DNA of 63,663 nucleotides, the filler included, from Intoshia linei (taxonomy: Eukaryota > Animalia > Orthonectida): assembly GCA_001642005.1 (NCBI GenBank). It is 7 parts of 7 records of this genome, joined end to end, with 100 filler letters (N's around TTAATTAATTAA, not from the genome) between each part and the next. Parts side by side here need not be neighbours in the genome. Positions count along the whole stretch, not along the records: positions 46,544 to 54,405 come from LWCA01001521.1; positions 54,506 to 61,962 come from LWCA01001549.1; positions 62,063 to 63,663 come from LWCA01002553.1; 4 more parts are not named here. One strand, written 5' to 3'. A program made the position numbers and the translations under genes. Below the pieces are notes generated by a model. That model was not told the origin of the DNA and did no database searches. It was given only the letters and a program-made list of their open reading frames with translations. This document shows positions 54,120-63,663 of this stretch, one piece after another (positions within the stretch are counted from its first letter, which is position 1; each line of letters starts with the position of its first letter).

Positions 54120-55111
54120 GTAATTTTTCTGTTTTATCTAGCTAGTATTAGCCCCTAACCAACTTTCTAAGGTAATATTTATTACAAATATTAATCATTT
54201 TCTATAAAAAAGCTGAACTTTATTAAAATATGTACAATTCTGTCTACTTTGTTTGTTTACAGTAGATAATTTGTTTTTTTATTTATAAAATAAATAATTA
54301 ATAAAATTAAATTTTTAGTTAAATAAATGCATTTACTTATTTTTAATTTAAAAATGTAAAGCCAAAACTACTTATCTATGATGACGAATAAAAATTTTCG
54401 GCTTANNNNNNNNNNNNNNNNNNNNNNNNNNNNNNNNNNNNNNNNNNNNTTAATTAATTAANNNNNNNNNNNNNNNNNNNNNNNNNNNNNNNNNNNNNNN
54501 NNNNNATTATGTTAGCTATGGATCAGTTCAAACCTCCTTCATTGTACAGCCAATTGAGAGATGGTCCTCCAACTTCTAATGGTGTAGAAAGAAGTTTTAG
54601 CATGCTGAAGACATTACTCACGAAACAAAAAAATTTTTTTATCTAGTAACGTTAAAAAATATTTAATATTGTACCATAATAAATCTTAATATTTAATTTT
54701 TTAAATTATTTTCAAAAAAAAATTTTAACAGGGACCAAATTGAATTTTTAATGTATTTTTTATACGTTAGAAAAGTTATAATTTTATTTTGATAGGTTAT
54801 ATTTTTACGATTTTATAGGTTAGAAAAAGTTTGCCCTAGTGATGACTGTATTATTAATATTCAGTATTCATGTCCATATATTTTATTATCTAATGATAAA
54901 ACAAATGTGCTATAATTTAGCTTGTAAAAGCTGCAGATGGCCCATTTAATAATATAATACAATGGGTTGCTATAGAATAAAAACATCAACATCTTTTATC
55001 ACTAGAAGTGTGATTACTGTTGATTATTAATTTTTAGTATTCATATCAACATTTTATTATCTAAAATCATTTCAATAAATTAAGAAAATCAAAATAACCA
55101 CAAAAAGTATA

Positions 55112-59557
<4,446 letters not shown>

Positions 59558-59933
59558 TTACAAATTTGTAAATGTACATTGTATATATGTTTATCTTATT
59601 TATTTAACCTACCTTGTTAATAAAAACTTTTAATACATATACTTTATACTTTTCATCATGTTATTATTCTTTGTTCCATAAAATTTAAATTTAATCATTG
59701 CTAATTTTTGTATTGTTCTTTATTAGTTGAAAAGTAACAATCTTATTTTAAACATTTAGTTATGATATCTGAAAGTATCCTCCACTGATCTAGCCACTAT
59801 TTGCTCAAAATACAAAACAGTCAGGCTTGTTGTACTTAAAACAAATACCATATACATTTAATGTGTACAATATCCTGACAACATTTTCCATAAAAATTAA
59901 ATTTACATTTTGTAAATTGTAGCTAATGATAAA

Positions 59934-61017
59934 ATGACCCAAGTCGACGATCCAATCTCACCAACTGTTATTGACGACGAATTGATCCTCAAATCTGTCC
60001 ATGAAAACACGGAAATCGGTGAAGCCGGTCGTATTTTAGAAGCAGAAGGGATTGAAATCAATGAACTTGAAACATTGAGACTTGAATTTAAAAGTATTTC
60101 CATATCATACTTAAATTTAAAATATATTAATCTATTGTATATTATAGACATATTAAAAGTTGAAAACATATGGTCATTGAAATTAATAACAAAATTACAG
60201 TTATCAAACAACATTATTGAAAAAATTGAAAATTTAGACCATATGGTTAATTTGGAATGGCTAGATTTGTCTTTCAATAATATAGAAGAAATTGAAAACC
60301 TGGAAAATCTTGTCAAATTAAAAGATTTGACATTATTTAATAATAGAATAAGAAATATAGAAAATATACAACACTTTCAAAAATTACAATTTTTTTCAAT
60401 TGGAAATAATTTCATTTCCGATTTCAACACCGTAATTTAAACTTTTTATAATTTTATTTTAAATTTAACATGTACATCATTTAATAATACAAAAATATAT
60501 ATGTATTTATTTTATATACATTTTATTTTATTGTTGTACTTGTACATTGGTAGATTGTCAATTTAAGAAAACTTGAATCATTAAGATCTCTAAATACTAG
60601 TGGAAATCCAATTTCCAGTGATGTCAATTTTAAACATTATTGCATATCGCATATTCCTCAATTGACATTTCTAGACTACAAATTGATTCATGAAATTGAG
60701 GTACATTTTGTTTTTTGGATGTTTATCAAATTTTTAATTTTAATTAGAGAAATGAAGCCAAAGAAAAGTACGATATACTTTTAATGGAAATACAACAAAA
60801 TGAATTAGTTGAAATTAAAAAAAATAACGAGATATCAGAAAAACAAAGATTATTTGCTATTGACAAAGTTTTTGTTCTGTTTATGAAATTTATATTTATA
60901 TTAGATGGCATATGTTGAAAATATGAATAGCGAATATTATTTTATTAAATTATTTATTGACGACGCTGAAGGAATTATACTTAATATGATACCAGGGATT
61001 GAAGAAATTTTGGAATC
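59934..61017 (+). CDS. DRC3: Dynein regulatory complex subunit 3 (LRRC48), 5' part; exons 59934-60093, 60148-60431, 60554-60700, 60748-60867, 60905-61017
   Basis: PTVIDDELI...EAGRILEAEGI...LRLEFKNILKVENIW...LQLSNNIIEKIE..WLDLSFNNIE..LFNNRI..GNPI..LDY..AYVENMN...IPGIEEILE is collinear with LRRC48. Confidence 0.92.
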
Positions 61018-61026
61018 ATATCCTTT
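61018..61026 (+). other. U12-type (AT-AC) 5' splice site
   Basis: ATATCCTTT sits where DRC3 homology stops. Read-through hits a stop after SYPL, and no GT donor is nearby. Confidence 0.8.
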
Positions 61027-63663
61027 ATAACACCTATCAACTACTATAAAATTGAATGTCTGTGTGCGTCTCACATAAACTATCTGTTTCTGTTACCGTT
61101 TATTTCAAAAAATTTAAAAACCATAAATTCAGGGATGTGTTTTAAAATAATTAAAATTGTCGTAAAGTACAGCCTTAGAAGCGCACAACTTCATAGTCAA
61201 AACTACACATCACCCTTTGTTTTTAAAAATGAAAAATATCCTAAAATTTTATAAAACACTAAATTGACTTTCGACTGTTATGTACTACATACAAACAGCA
61301 CCTAGCTATATTTGAAAAATATTGATTAATAATATATTAAAAATTATTTTTCACCATTAATGTGTAGCCTTCTGGGGTTGAAAGTGTGTATTTATATTAA
61401 CTGGAATAAGCTCTATCAGAATAATCTTTTTTTTTAATTTTCGGACCGTTAATATCACATTTTTTGTTTTAATAAAATATTTCAAAAAAAATAATATATA
61501 AATACTAAAATACATTTTTCACCGTGAAGGCGTCATGTATTGAGATTAAAATTTTATTAAATTCTTGGGCTGTTTTCATTAAAAAAAAAAGGTAATTTAG
61601 GGTTTTAACCTTGAAGATATATTTTTTTTAAATTTAAACTTATGATATTAAAATCTGTATGAGAGCATATATTTTTTTAAAATCTCGAACTTTTGATTTT
61701 TAAAAAAAATCATAATGGGGCTTTTTGATCCGTAAGATGTGAGTTTGGGAGGTTGAAATTTATTTTGTTAAGACCCCGGAAAAAACTTTCATTGAAATGT
61801 GGACTTTATAAAGTTCTAAGACTGGTAGTTATTGAAATAAACGTGAACACACACATACACTGCTAGAAAAAAGTTTGGGACATTCATAGAATTTTATATA
61901 AATAATTGTTAAAATCATTTAAATATATTTGTTTTTTTATAAATGGTGTATAAAATAATTATNNNNNNNNNNNNNNNNNNNNNNNNNNNNNNNNNNNNNN
62001 NNNNNNTTAATTAATTAANNNNNNNNNNNNNNNNNNNNNNNNNNNNNNNNNNNNNNNNNNNNATACAGAAAGTGTGAATTAGCGATTAATAAATATCATT
62101 GAAAAATTATTTATTAGATAGCTAATTCGAATATGAAAAAAATTAAGACAAATCAAAATAATCTATTTATATTGCGACACTTAAATAAATACAGTTAATA
62201 AGTATTTTATTAATTTATAATAATTTATTTTAAATATTAAATATTTAATTTTATTAAACTGAAATTTAACTAGAGGGTCAAGGCTAACAATGGGGTTCAT
62301 TAAAAATTTTTAATTAAAAAAATATTTAATATGGTAATTTTTCCCATTGGATTTTGCTAGTTCAAACATTGTGTTAGGCATAGAGTTCACTACTTTTTGA
62401 AAAATATTTAATTTTATTACATTTAATATATACATGATATTTTTTTTTAGGTATTGTATGGAATCATATTTTTTTTTATTTTATAAATCTGGCTTGCAAA
62501 AATGCTTATATATTTTTAGTAGAGTTTAGGTTTGCAGATAGAAAAGGCAAATTTAGACCATTTATGTCATGATTATATAAAAAACGTTTGGATATTTTGG
62601 AGACGTGTATTAGTGCGTTATTTTGTTGAAATATTCAATTGTAGAACCGATATGTTTAAGATTTAATTTTTTTAACATATTTATGTATTGACTTGAATTT
62701 AAAAGTTTATTAATTACTTCTAAATTTAGCTTTTTGTTGTAGCTAAGACAATTTTTTATTGACTTATAGATTAACAAAAAAACTGATTTAAAAATTAAAT
62801 TTACTGATTTTATCGGACCTTAAAATCTTTGTTTTTTTCTATGGTTAATCCAACTGAATATACTATACCCCAAATTTTTTTTTTGTTAGCATTAAATTAT
62901 ATCAATACAATATTTAATACACCTTAATTTTAATATTTGCATAGTCCCGATCATGATGGTGTCGGTCACTTTACACTATAAATTAATATGAATATAACCA
63001 TGTCCATTCATTTTATCACGATGATTACACTATACAAACAAAAAATATAAATTGTTTTCGAAGATATGTTGTATATCACATCAACATCTCTACCTAATCA
63101 CATCTCTACGACTCTATTTTTACATATATTTAAATTGCAACATTGACAAAATTATATTTTTAAATATTATAGATGTTCTGTCTGTCATAATTAGATTGTT
63201 AAATTCAAACCAGTGGAAAAACGATCGGCGGTTATATGGCATTACTCATCAAACACTCATAATAATTTAAAATAGATCATTTTTACGTAATAATAGCAAT
63301 AAGATTAATATACTAGCTTGGCAGTTTTGTACTACGTACGAACAGCATTTAGCTCTCTCGAGGGCACTCAATGCGATGACATATATTCAGTATCCATTTA
63401 ATAATTACTTTAAAATACCAATTGTGCATAAATCATTAATTGAATCTTCACTTTATAAATATTTCAGTCGAATTTTACCATTATTGCAAAAAATTGTAAT
63501 ATAACAATAATTGATGTTAAAAACTTGTTTATACTTTTGGCCTTTTTTGTTGTGAATGTTACTTGTTTTATGTATAAAATGTATAAATATATGTATTTGG
63601 ATTGTATAAAAATTTTATGTTACATTTATTCACACTTAATTTGGCAAAAAATATATTCTTGTT

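Overview
Very AT-rich animal nuclear DNA with many 34-65 nt GT-AG introns. The gene set and architecture fit a compact invertebrate parasite such as the orthonectid Intoshia (inference only). The window is not contiguous: six artificial 100-nt spacers (44 N + TTAATTAATTAA + 44 N) join seven sequence blocks, and several genes are cut at them. Spliced genes reconstructed by eye: PCCB (3' part), LRRC51, a CNG-type channel, an unknown membrane-protein gene, ECHS1 (3' part), NALCN (3' part), TSEN54, a P5A ATPase (ATP13A1), an EVC/EVC2-like TM-coiled-coil gene, casein kinase I, a DHX15/Prp43-like helicase and DRC3/LRRC48. There is also one solitary 5S rRNA gene. Long introns and intergenic DNA are full of transposon debris: Tc1 DD34E and DD37E copies, hAT fragments and MITEs with 8-bp TSDs, MULE remnants, non-autonomous Helitrons and LTR ends. 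Most notable: (1) an intronless ORF fusing an RRM directly to a retroviral-type aspartic protease behind a short LTR-like unit, with no Gag capsid; (2) a U12-type AT-AC donor in DRC3; (3) a CNG channel lacking the canonical pore filter; (4) duplicated alternative first exons encoding two membrane anchors for the EVC-like gene; (5) extreme gene packing around LRRC51. All protein identities come from recalled family motifs, not database searches.
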